From Octopus sinensis (taxonomy: Eukaryota), in the NCBI RefSeq assembly GCF_006345805.1, contig NC_043005.1:57226001-57290000 (forward strand): a stretch of DNA of 64,000 nt, read 5' to 3'. Numbering within the stretch: position 1 is the stretch's first letter; every line of letters begins with the position of its first letter. Shown in pieces: positions 1 to 11,776 of this stretch. Under the pieces are notes generated by a model. That model saw only the letters and a program-made list of their open reading frames with translations, was not told where the DNA came from and searched no databases. The position numbers and the translations under genes are program-made.

Positions 1-1029
1 TTATAGAGTTATATTCCTTTTCTATAGTAATAGTTAGGCCGAATCTTTTAAAAAGTTCATATAATTTTTTCTCAATTAGTTCTAATCTCCTATTTGGGAC
101 GTTTTTTAGTATGAATAGTGCATCGTCCCTATATAGCCCACCCTTGACTTCTGGGAATTCTTCCTGTATGTATGATAACAAATAAATACCTACTAAGTCT
201 GTTACCTGTGCTGAATCTGGAGTTCCCATGGTGATATCAAAGTTATTAGGGGAATCTTTTCTTACCCATAGTTTATTATCGAAAGTTATTACTGATTTTC
301 TCGCTGCTAAGATTACCTTAATTTCCTTCATTAGTAGTTGAGCATGATTTTTGACGAAGACAAGAGCACTATTAAGGATCATAGGGTTAATAGATCAGTA
401 GTAATCTATGTCTATTTGTAGGAACTTGCAGTTTTTCTTGTTCTGAATTTTGGAGAACCAGTTTAATGCTTCGTAGGTGTTGGACCATAGTTCTAGGGCT
501 ATCATATTCTTTAATTTAGAGATATATTTATCTAATATTAATTTACTTAATTTACATAGATCGGACTTAGATGCTATTTTGTATTTTTTGTAATTTCTTT
601 ATGTAAAAGCTGGTGGTATAAATTTATATCCAATGTGTAAGAATTCCTTTTTTTTATCGGAGTGTACAATAATTCCCTTTTGCAATTTCAGTTTATATAG
701 TAGGTCATTTAGGTTTTTTGGGTAGCTGTTGTTTCTTAGTGGGTCTCGTTTGAATTGTAGTTTCTTAATAGTATCCCATAGTTCGTTTTCAAAGGCGTCT
801 AAGTGGCTGTTTGGTGGGGGTGTTTTCCTGGTCTTGAAAACTCCTTTGGTAAAGTCATTGGTGTATTGGTGGTGTGTTGTCTCTGCTTGGTTGTTTTTAT
901 ATTAAAACATGACTTTCCAACGTAAGCGCTGGGTGAAGTCTGTTAATATATTAATGACTTCTTTAAGATATACATTTTAGGTGGAATCGGTATATCTTTT
1001 AAAGATGTTTCTATTGTTATTTGCTCCAT
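1..1029 (-). mobile_element. Penelope-like retroelement (Naiad-type), decayed N-terminus plus RT; runs off the left edge
   Basis: Minus-strand translation from ATG 1029: MEQITIETSLKDIPIPPK...DFTQRLRWKVMF. At ~240-120: FDITMGTPDSAQVTDLVGIYLLSYIQEEFPEVKGGLYRDDA, matching the PLE RT pattern FDxTMG...LVGxYLL...GLYRDD. Contains stops and frameshifts. Confidence 0.8.
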
Positions 1030-1099
1030 TTACCCAGTATGTGCCTGGTTAATGTCTGGCTAAGGGGTCTTAGTCAGAGATACACACACACGCACACAC

Positions 1100-2940
1100 G
1101 AAAACTTGAAGAAAACATAAAAGGAAAAATGCAACATATATCGAAATTCCAAAACCTACAGACTTGAAACTACGTCCAATGTGTAAGAATTCCTACATCA
1201 AAAACACAACGCATAAGCAGCTTAATAGATATAATTTTAAAACGTTTATGCAAAATGGTACTAAGCTTTGTCTGGGATGATATGGAATTTCTAAATTACA
1301 TACCTAAAAGTGTCCATCAGGAAACAATTCCCGTTAGTTTTGATGTAACTAGTTTATACACCAATATTCCACACGACCTAGGAATTGAAACCGCAAATTT
1401 CTGGTTGAGAAAAAACCAAATCATATCAAGGTAAGATTCTCAATAAATTTTATTTTAGAAATATTGAAATTAGTACTGCAAAACATTCACTTCTTTGGCA
1501 AGAAGTTTTATTTACATTTCAAAGGAACAACGATGGGGACAAAATAGCCCCTACTTACGCAATACTCGTAATGGCTTTCTTAGAAGACAAATTTTATTTT
1601 CAACTTCCAGAAACATTTATCCAACAATTCTCAATTTACATAATGAACAATTGGAAACAAGGTTTGGATGACTGCTTTATTTTTTGGAGTAAAAAAAAAC
1701 TAGATATCTTTCACTCACTTTCATATAATCTACATTCCTTGATGAAGTTTAAAGAATGGCACTCGAAGGAACTACAATTTTTGGACAACATTAAAACTAA
1801 TTTTTCTATGAACCCGCGGGCACACACCAATACTTCAGCTTTCATTCCTCTCAACCCTCTCATACAAAAAGAAGCATACCATTTATTATGGCAAAATGTG
1901 TTTGCACTATAGTAATAAACGCCACACGAAAGGATAAAAGATTACAAGAATAAAAACATTTATAGAAAAACAAAAATATCCTACTAGACTTGACTCAGCA
2001 ATTACCAAAGCGAAAAACATCCCAACGACAGAACTCAAAAGAAAACAAACACATAAAATTAGAAATGAACTCATAAGCATTTCTTTTGTCATTACTCACA
2101 ACCCAAGAGACCATGACATTCTTAATACTGCTAAGAGATATCTCCCAGTTCTTCAACAGTAATTGAGAATTAACAAACTGAGAAAATCAGGAATAACATG
2201 TTGCAGACACCAAGCATCCAACCTAAAAAAGTATTTCACTAAAGCAATATTTACCACAAGAGAAGCAACATAGAGTCAAAAAGCAACAGAGAAAGTCAAC
2301 AAGGGAAGCAACATAGTTAAAAAATGCAGAACATGCGATTACGTTGAAGAAGGTAAACAAATCACCTTTAAAAACAACATCACTATAAAGCGGACACCCC
2401 ACAAAATAGACTGTCTCCCACCACCACCACCAATATATATACTCATTCACACACATTGTATCCCACACATATATATACCCTCTGCACACAAATTACACAC
2501 CGCACGCTAACATAACACCCGAACCCCACGATCTTATCCTTTAAAGAAAGTAAACAGACCAACAGAAAGAAAATATCCCGGAAAAATTAAGCACATGACA
2601 CCACTACATATATCACACTTCCAGCCCCTCAGGAGCGCAACACTTAATAATGCACACTTCCTCCACAAACACATTAAGATAACCCTTGCTGGTTTCACAG
2701 CATACCCAACCAAGAGACATAACTCCTATTCCCCTGGTCCTTTTTCGTTTCATCACTTCTTTTCACTTTCACAGCAGTCGCTGACAGGTTGTGTTAGTCC
2801 ACCTCCGACAATAGAGAGCAGTCGCCATATTCCTTTCAACATCGGCTAACTTTGATGAGCGTAAGGTTATATAATCGGATTGCTACATAACACTCCATTG
2901 TATTCGTTGCGCGAAACCGATTGGTAAAATCAGCCGTGAT
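1100..2940 (+). mobile_element. Second Penelope-like retroelement, 5'-truncated, decayed RT plus downstream terminal region
   Basis: Frames give SFDVTSLYTNIPHDLGIE (~1335), GTTMGTK*PLL / AILVMAFLEDK (~1525-1590) and WKQGLDDCFIFW (degenerate YxDD motif, ORF 1571-1912). Multiple stops. Hammerhead-like motif at the distal end. Confidence 0.75.
2843..2936 (+). ncRNA. Candidate degenerate type I hammerhead ribozyme
   Basis: TTGATGA (2852-58); stem II GCGTAA/TTGCGC; GAAA (2913-16); stem III ACC-gatt-GGT; site GTA; distal stem I CGGCT/AGCCG. The proximal part of stem I is mismatched. Confidence 0.45.
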
Positions 2941-3059
2941 GAATATATAATACTATATTTCGGATAATATATATATCTGTGTGTGTGTGTGTGTGTGTGT
3001 GGATATGCATGTATGTATGTGAGTGTGTATATATGTATTCTTTTATTGTTTGTTTTATT

Positions 3060-3354
3060 TTTTTTACTTGTTTCAGTCATTCGACTGTGGCCAGGCTGGG
3101 GCACCGTCTTGAAGAAATTTTAGTCAAATGTATCGAGCCAGTACTTATGTTCTTTTTCTAAGAGCCTGGTACTTAGTCTATTGGACTCTTTGCCAAACCG
3201 CTAAGTTACGGGGACGTAAACACATCAGAACTGGTAGTCAAACCGGGTGGGGGACAAACACAAACACAAAGACACACACGCACATTCATCCATCAACCCA
3301 TCCAGCCAAACATACATACACACACACACATACAGAAGCCCACCGTATATATAT

Positions 3355-3397
<43 letters not shown>

Positions 3398-4110
3398 GGT
3401 GGGCTTCTTCTAGCTTCCGTCTACCAATCCACTCACAAGGTTTTGGTCGACCCGAGGCTATAGTATTGGGTTGTCCGGAAAGTTCGTGCCGATTTTTAAA
3501 AGAAAGAAAAAGGTCAATAAATGCTTGCCATTGCATTTTTTATCAACCAAATAGGAACCATTTTGTTGCACAATGCATCTCCATCTTTCCTTTAACTTGA
3601 AAATACCCTCTTCCCAGAACTGAGGTGGTTTCAAGGCAAAGAATTCATCAAGGTATCTTTTTACGTCATCCAAGGAATTGAATTTTTTACCCTTAAGACT
3701 ATTCTGCAGAGACCTGAATAAGTGGAAATCCGAAGGAGCAATATCTGGTGAATATGGAGGGTGGGGTAACACATCCCAGCCGAGCTGCAGCAACTTTTGT
3801 CTGGTTCCCAAAACATCAAGTGCCGAAAATGAACTTTCTTATCTTCCATTTTAAAGGGTTACAGAATTAACATAGGTTATAGGAACATAAACCTTCTTCC
3901 ACGAAAAGATAGCTTCAACTGTGCTCTAAATGGAGGTGTAGTGAAATCCTATTTTATGGACTCGACCATGTTCTAAAATAAGTCGAAAGGTAAGCTACTA
4001 TAAATCGACACGAACTTTCAGGACAACCCAATAGAAGACACTTGCCCAAGATGCCATACAGTGGGACTGAACTCGAAACCATGTGGTTGGGAAACAAGCT
4101 TCTTACTACA
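3060..4110 (-). mobile_element. tRNA-derived SINE (family A) interrupted by a mariner derivative
   Basis: Colinear with SINE copies at 27845, 32169 and 53255. The sequence ggctatagTAgaagacac is split at its TA. Confidence 0.85.
3466..4031 (-). mobile_element. Non-autonomous mariner deletion derivative (566 bp)
   Basis: TIRs TTGGGTTGTCCGGAAAGTTCGTG; TA duplication on both sides; transposase C-terminus GWDVLPHPPYSPDIAPSDFHLFRSLQN joined to a short N-terminal piece MEDKKVHFRHL. Confidence 0.95.
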
Positions 4111-4944
4111 CAGTGTGTGTGTGTGTGTGTGTGGTGTGTGTGTGTGTGTGTGCGTGTGTGTGCACCATATGTTTATACTAAATACATGTGTGTATGTATA
4201 TGTTTATACTTAACACATGTGTATGTGATGTGTGACTATTTCGATCTGTGGATTTACCGGCATGGGTGCTTGTACTTAACTGTTTTTTTTTTATGGCATC
4301 ACATGTCCCCACATTGGCCATCCGTGTAATTTTATCTTTTCATTTTTAATCTACTTAATTCTCATTCCCTCATCCATTTTTTCTATATACACATGTGTGT
4401 ACGCATGTATATGTATGTATGAATATATATGCATGGATACATGTATATGTGTATTTGTGTATCTGTATATATATATAAATGTGTGTTTTCTTTTCTCTCT
4501 CTCTTTGTAGTTAAATAGCTCTACCTACACAGTGGATATGCATTCAGCTAGTGCAAAATTCTCAGGAGACTGGATTGATGCCCTGCCTGTGGCCAACAAT
4601 AAAGATCTACTCAGTGTAGAACATGCATGAGCGACCCGCGGCCCTCGCCGAGTTTGTAGGTTACTAATTTTTACAAGCAAAATTGTTTCTCAAATTTTCC
4701 AATTATTAATCTTATCGTATCTCAACATAACCTAAGAGTAGCGACATCTCAAATTCTACCTAATATTGAAAATATGGTAAAGAATGTGAATGTGCAAATA
4801 TCTCACTGATACAGATAATGAAATTTGTTCTTTTTTTTTTAACTCAATATTTGAAACTATAATTTATTTACACTAGTAATCATCATTATTATCATTAGGA
4901 AATAATGCAGTGGTATCACAGGTAGATTAACAGATAGAGTAGTC

Positions 4945-5610
4945 TTTGTATGTGGCAGATGTGCAGGAACAATGCGCACCAAGAGCACACAAGAATTAGA
5001 TTCTCTCAAATGCCCAGGAGGCTCTCTTGAGGTTGTAGATAGTTTCTGTTACCTAGGTGACCAAATTAGCACTGGTGGAGGATGCTCTGAAAGTATTGTT
5101 TCTAGAATAAGAATTGGGTGGAGGAAGTTCAGAGAGCTATTACCTCTGTTGGAAACAAAAGGCCTCTCTCTTAGAGTGAAAGGTAGACTACATGATGTTT
5201 GTGTACGAACGGCTATACTCTATGGTAGTGAGATATGATCTCTGAATGCTGAAGACATGGGTAGATTGGAAAGAAACAAAGGTAGTATGCTCCGTTGGAT
5301 GTACAACATCAGTGTACATGTAACAAAATGCAAATGTATTGAGAGAAAAGTTGGGCATAAAAGGAATCAAATGTAGCATGCAAGAGAGAAGATTAAGTTA
5401 GTTTGGACATGTGATGCGTATGAATGAGGACAGCTGCATAAAAAGTGTCGATTATTGAAAGTGGATGGTACCCGTGAAAGATGGAGACCCAGGAAGACAT
5501 AGAATGAAGTGGTAAGGACCGATCTCTGGAAGCTGGACCTCACGGAGGTAATGACCATGGACCGAAACGTCTGACGATTTGCAGTTCTTGAGAAGACCCG
5601 CCAACATCAG
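4945..5610 (+). mobile_element. RTE-clade LINE ORF C-terminal fragment (decayed)
   Basis: LEVVDSFCYLGDQIS...RIRIGWRKFRELLPLL...KGRL...VRTAILYGSE, then FGHV.RM and GRPRKT-like motifs, with stops. Confidence 0.85.
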
Positions 5611-6294
5611 CAAAAACTGTCATCTGCTTGCCCCCGACCTGTGCGTTCTACCTACATACCTTGTCTCACTTTATTATTGTCATCTGCTAGCCCCCGACCT
5701 GAGTGTTCCACCCACACATAACAAGAAAACATTTCCCTCACCCTACCCCAACATACCATTCTACATCTCTTCTCTTTCTCGTATTTCCTCCTTCTTTCCC
5801 TACGCTTAGCTCTCATTCCTTGCCTAGCTCTCACTCCCCAATCCTGTCCTCATACCCCTGTTCCTCTGTATCATTGCTATCCGGTAGCCCCTCCAACTCT
5901 ATATATATCCAGGTCTTTCGCCACTTACTCGCACTCCCATCTCAATATCCTGTCACATATATTATGCCACTTAATTATGGCATACCTTCAAGGGTATTCC
6001 CTGGTACTTGCCATTATCTATATCTCTCTCTTTCTTTACTCAGCCATCTCATTTAAACTCTGATCCCCGTTCCTTGTGAGTCTCCCTCCACCCCTCTCTC
6101 TCTCTCTCCTTCTCCTGCGCTTTCCTCAGGTTGGGCAACCGTGTATTTTCTTTGCGGTAGCACACCTGTTTCTGTCTTCGTTTCTGATCTTTCTCTCTCC
6201 GTCCGGGTAACCTTGTACTTCTTCTACAGCAAGACACCTGTAACTATCTCACTATAACCTTTTCATCATCACCTCCTCCGATACCTCCTCCCCT

Positions 6295-6665
6295 CTTAAA
6301 AGTTTTTGTCTTGCAAGTTCTTGGTGACCCTGTCAGTGCAGGTGCCACTTAAAAGCACCCAGTTCACACTGTAAAGTGGTTGGTGTTCAGAAGGGCATCC
6401 AGCTGTAAAACCCTTGTCAAAACTGACCTCGCCTGTGCTTGTGCCACGTAAAAAGCACTACTCACCTCACCTGTGAGTGTGCCACATAGAAAAGCACTCT
6501 GTTAAGTGGTTGGTGTTAGGAAGCGCATCCAGCTGTACAAATTCTGCCAAAAACAGTCACATAAATCTAGTGCAGGCTTCGGCCTGGCCGGCTTTTGTGG
6601 TTTCGTTCCGCCTATGTTAGCATGGAACACGGACGTTAAATGATGATGATGATGATGCTGATGAT
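6295..6665 (+). mobile_element. RTE-type 3' UTR ending in a (TGA)n tail
   Basis: ggaagggcatccagctgta block and catgga..cggacgttaaatgatgatgatg tail, shared with 48240-48700 and 44594-44950. Confidence 0.75.
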
Positions 6666-6679
6666 GCCAGCTTAATGTG

Positions 6680-6828
6680 AACTTTCATACTAAGACAAAT
6701 AAAAATAAGAACTGCAAAAAATTCAGTGTAAAGTAATATTTCATGCATGTGTTCTTTATCATGCGGCCCTCTCCCACTTAGAAATAGTACAATGCGGCCC
6801 CCAGTCAACGAAAAGTTGCCCATCCCTG
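6680..6828 (-). mobile_element. hAT-like MITE end fragment
   Basis: CAGGGATGGGCAA terminus at 6828-6816 with subterminal GGGCCGCA motifs; the other end was not found. Confidence 0.45.
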
Positions 6829-6834
6829 CTCTAG

Positions 6835-7320
6835 ATGAACTCCGCATCCGCATCTCTGAGTGGGAGCTGATGTCTGTAGGGGACTGAAGTGTCGCTGTGG
6901 TAGGACTCTCGACCCAACAGGTCTTCCGGGTCTGTCTCGCCGCCTAAATGCTGGTCGCTTCGCTTGTCGCACCGAGCTAAACCTAATCATTAAACGGGCT
7001 CTGGCTCGGATTTATATCCCCTCAGTTCTGGAGCTGTCGGGATTATCCAGAAGTGATGGAAAGAGACCAGATGGTCTTACCCTCTATCCCTGGGTTAGAG
7101 GTAGGTGCCTCATATGGGACGCCACAGGCTGCGACTCCTTTACTCCCTCCCACATTTTGGGTGCTGCAGTTAATGGAAGGGTCACTACTTCCGTAGCCGA
7201 ACAGAAGAAAACCCTGAAGTATCGTGGCGTTTGAGACGCTCGGAAGGACTAGGCCTCTAACCGCAAAGTTCTTGTCAACATTGGCAGCTCGCCTCACCGA
7301 GGTGTCGGGTGATGCCAGTT
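6835..7320 (+). mobile_element. CRE-like non-LTR retrotransposon C-terminus with restriction-like endonuclease (fragment)
   Basis: ORF 6860-7234: CRCG...(zinc-knuckle remnant)...IIKRAL...GLSRSDGKRPDGLTLYPWVRGRCLIWDAT...AEQKKTLKY, showing the RPD...WD...K pattern of RLE domains. Confidence 0.8.
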
Positions 7321-7742
7321 ACTGTGATTAAAAAAATACATTTTGAACAGAGAGATTTGGAAGGATTAGATGAAAGTTCTCCAGGAATTATCTTTCGTGT
7401 AAAGAAATGATTATGTTAATTCAAAAGTTTGCCAGCAAAATATTATAAAATGATAATGTTCTAAAAGATGTATATGTTTACATGTTATATACTCTAAAAT
7501 ACCTGTTTCAAAACAGCTTTTAAACGAAAAACTCACAAAAGAGTCACCTTATGTAAACACCTAATAACCTACAATAACCATCTAATGATTAAAGTGGCAA
7601 AATTATCATAAAAACCATTTCTATTCGTTTTTTTAAAATATATAATACTGTACCTAGGACTTTCTATTTCTCATTATTATATATATATATATAACTATTA
7701 TTATTATTATATACATATAACTATTATTATTATTATATATAC

Positions 7743-7810
<68 letters not shown>

Positions 7811-8024
7811 TTAGAGTCAAGTTTTGGCTGCTATTTCCAGCGTGGTGGTATCTAAGAGATACCCTAAATTATAATCTTAATAATTATTATTACCTTTGAA
7901 GGTTTTTTATTTCCATGCTGGCCACCTGATATTTAAATATCGATCTTATCCTTATTATATAAATATATTAACATTAACAAGAACAAATTTAAAATTCCAC
8001 AAAAAAAAATCAGAATAATACTTG

Positions 8025-8078
<54 letters not shown>

Positions 8079-8186
8079 TATAACAGGTTATAGTATTTCT
8101 TTTGTATCATTTTTGATCCTTTATCTTAAAAATAAACATAAAAATTACTCATTAGAATTCTTCTAATCTTTTACTTCCCTTAGGAA

Positions 8187-8235
<49 letters not shown>

Positions 8236-9506
8236 TAGATATAAAGAGAACCACCCAAAATAAGTTTAATCCAATTCCACCGTTTTTATTTATTTTGCAA
8301 AGCGAAATAATGTCCCTTTAGCTACACACATCTTACCACATGCTACTATCTCCAGGAATAATATAGCTGCGCTGATTTTCTTCGTAGTACACTTTGAGAT
8401 TATTCCTATACAACAGGTATGTCTTGTACAATGTAAACTAATTCCTTTAATTTTCAGATATGTTATTGGCTAGGGAAACAAACACTGTGTTGCAAGATGA
8501 TTTAAAGAAAAAAAATGGTTCATATAATTGTTTACCTTTATTTTCCCTCAGTGTACTATTTATTATTTTTAATATTAAATATTGTATATGTTTAGATGTC
8601 AAAATACCACGAGAATTAATGCTTGTTATATGTAATATATGTAGTAGAATTTATGATTTATTTATTCGTGTGTGGCTTTGTTGCTTGAGCCTGCGGTGGT
8701 GGAAACAACACAAAGCAACCTCAAAACAAAACATGCTTTTATTTTGCTAATAGGTTAAGCAGCACACACACACAAAAAAAAAGAGTGAAAACGAAGGTTA
8801 TGAGTGTAAGCGTACTTGTTTGTCTCTCTCACCGATTGACAACCGGTGTTGGCTTGTTTACGTCCCCGTCATGTAACAGTTGAGCAAAAGAATGATACTG
8901 ATAAAATTAAAAAAATAAGTACCCGACGTAAAAATTAAGATTAATACTGAGGGATCGGCGGTGAGAGGTTTCGATTCGGTCGACTAACCACCTTTCCAAG
9001 GTGACGCTCACGTGTGGCCACAATTCGATGCCCAAGGGAAGTAAAAGATTAGAAGAATTCTAATGAGTAATTTTTATGTTTATTTTTAAGATAAAGGATA
9101 AAAAAATGATACAAAAACAAATGCTATAACCTGTTTTCAAATCGAAGAAGTATCGATTGTGTGATAGATATTGATTAAGGTTTAGTTTTTTTTAAATTTT
9201 CTTTTCCGAAATTAAACGTATTCCAAACACTCTTGTTTACCATTGCGTAGATTTTTCTCGAAATAAAATTCCATACACACGCACACGCATGCACACACAC
9301 GCACACACACGCACACAAACACACGCACACATACACACACACACACACACACACTCTCAAACACACACAACTTATCTTTATCTTTAATTAATTTATGTGT
9401 TTGTGTATATATGTATACACAAACATAAAAGATATATATATATATATATGTATTGGTCTGTATATAAATATGTGCGTGTGCGTTTGTATATATATATATA
9501 TATATA

Positions 9507-9547
<41 letters not shown>

Positions 9548-9549
9548 CA

Positions 9550-9811
9550 CAGTAATCCCTCGACTATCGCCGGTGTTACGTTCAAAAACACTCGCGATAT
9601 GCGAAAATCCGCGAAGTAGAAACAGTACTGTACTGTATATTTCTTTTCATTATTTTTATAATTTGTATATATCTTTATTTATTTATTTATTTATTTATTT
9701 CACTATAAATGCAAAAACAGCACCACGGAGGAGGGATCGACGTAAGCTTAAATAATAAACCGCGTTAGGTGAAACGCGATTGGTGAACCGTGATATGGCG
9801 AGGGATTACTG
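9550..9811. mobile_element. pogo/Tigger-like MITE
   Basis: TIRs CAGTAATCCCTCG / CGAGGGATTACTG; same family as 35990-36189. Confidence 0.8.
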
Positions 9812-9829
9812 AGATATATGTATATATAA

Positions 9830-9880
<51 letters not shown>

Positions 9881-9903
9881 CGCGCGCGCGCGTGTATATC
9901 TAC

Positions 9904-9984
<81 letters not shown>

Positions 9985-10007
9985 CGCACGCGCGCGTGTA
10001 TATCTAC

Positions 10008-10046
<39 letters not shown>
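9812..10046. repeat. Duplicated compound microsatellite (TA)n(TG)n(CG)n..(TC)n
   Basis: The unit containing gtgtatatctacc(tc)n(ta)n occurs twice, about 100 bp apart. Confidence 0.85.
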
Positions 10047-10049
10047 AAA

Positions 10050-10373
10050 TCTTTTATCTTCATTTACTTGTTTCAGTCACTTGATTGCGGCCATGCCGAA
10101 GCACTGCCTTGAAGGAAACCCTTCGACAAATCGACCCCATAACTTTTTTTTAAGCCTGGTACTCATTCTATCGGCTTCGTTTGCCGAATATAAGTTACTG
10201 GGATGTAAACACACCAACACCGGTTTCGAGCGGTGTTGGGGACACACACACACACACTCACACACACACACTCACACACACACCCGTAGTTTCGGTTCAG
10301 TTCTACTATAGTCCCGAGCCAACCAATGCCTTATCAGTGAATTTGGTTGACGGAAATTGGGTGGAAGCCCATC

Positions 10374-10411
<38 letters not shown>

Positions 10412-11010
10412 GTGTGTGAGTGTGTGTGAAGGCGCATAGTTGAGTGGTTAGAGCGTCGGGCTCACAATCATGAGGTAGTGGGCTCGATTCCAGAACTGGG
10501 TTGTGCGTTGTGTTCTTGAACAAGACATTTTATTTTCGCGCTGCTCCAGGTCACTCAGTTCAATCAGTTTACGCACTGATAAGTTGCGACATCAATGGTG
10601 CTCTGATATATCAGCCTTTTCCTTTCCCTTGGAAAACATTGGTGGCATGGAGAGGGGAGGCTGGTATGGATGGGTGACTGCTGGTCTTCCATTAACAACC
10701 TTGCTCGGACTTGTTCTTCGGAGAACTTTGTAGGTGCAATCCCATGGTCATTCATAACCGAAGGGACTTTTACTTTACCATATGTAAACACACACCTTTG
10801 CGCGCGCGCGCGCGCGTGTGTGTGTCCTATCTCCATATCACTTGACAATCGATATTGGTTTATTTCTGTCCCTGTAATACAGCAAAAGAGTCAGTTAGAA
10901 TAAGTAAGTTCCAGATTTTAAGAAATAAGTGCATAAGTACTGGCGTCGATTTAACTAAACCTTTCCTTCAAGGAGGTGCCCCAGCATGGCCACAGTTCAA
11001 TGACTAAAAA
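10050..11010. mobile_element. Cluster of SINE pieces (family A on minus; tRNA-headed family B on plus from ~10430)
   Basis: Family A body at 10060-10370; A-box/B-box-like head agttgagtggttagagc...ggctcgattcc at 10435-10495; SINE tail at 10830-11010. Confidence 0.7.
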
Positions 11011-11776
11011 AAGAAAAGAAAATTGTAACCTCCACTCCCAAAAATGTATATTTAACAAATTTCGCTAAAACAAAAAGGCCTTGTTTTCTTTCTTCAGAAA
11101 GTTATGAGGAAACCCAATCGTGGGGCACTAATCAGTAGTTAAGCCCTGCGATGTTGTTGCTTAACCCGAGGTCAGTTCGGATCAAAACCTTTTAAATAAA
11201 AGATGGCGTTTCAGCCTTCCAGAAACTACTATTATTTCCTAACAGCATTTTAGTTCCCGGGCAAAGCAACGCATTAATGCCTGTATTGACAGCAGAGCAC
11301 AACGTACACAGATTAGCATTTGGCCTTATAAACCTGTGGGCCCCACCGGGAAACTGTCCAGTGCAGAGAATACTGAAGACTGCCCCATCTTTTGCTGCTT
11401 TTAGTTCCGAGTTAGCCTGGATCAAGCATCAAGCAAACCTATGAAAAAAAAATCGTTCCAGTCCTAACTAATCTGTCATGTCTAGCTACGCCCCCACACC
11501 GAGTTAGGCCTCGTTGATCAAGTAGACCTACGAACAAACATTTCTATGATCAAAGGGTAGTCTACCCATGACCATGCTGTCTTTTTCTCCGTAATGATGA
11601 ATTCTATTCTGTATTATTCGTAGTGTCTGTTATGAAGAATTTGCTTTCGGATATGGTGTCTCTATGATTATATTATCCAATGTCCTGTCTTGGTTTTTTT
11701 TTCTCTTTTTAAGTCGGTAGTGTGATCTGAGAGCTGCTTAGCTGCTATTTCTAACAAGTCGACCGACAACCTAGAT

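Noticed and set aside
1-1029. Selenocysteine recoding in the Naiad-like element
   Set aside because: The checked stop is TAA and frameshifts are present; no SECIS can be assessed within the window.
5618-5708. 31-bp direct repeat at 60-bp spacing
   Set aside because: Small local duplication at an RTE junction; no further structure.
11119-11170. Pistol-ribozyme-like strings (CGTGGGGC...TTAAGCCCTGCG)
   Set aside because: The P1 hairpin and downstream P3/cleavage elements are absent; superficial match only.
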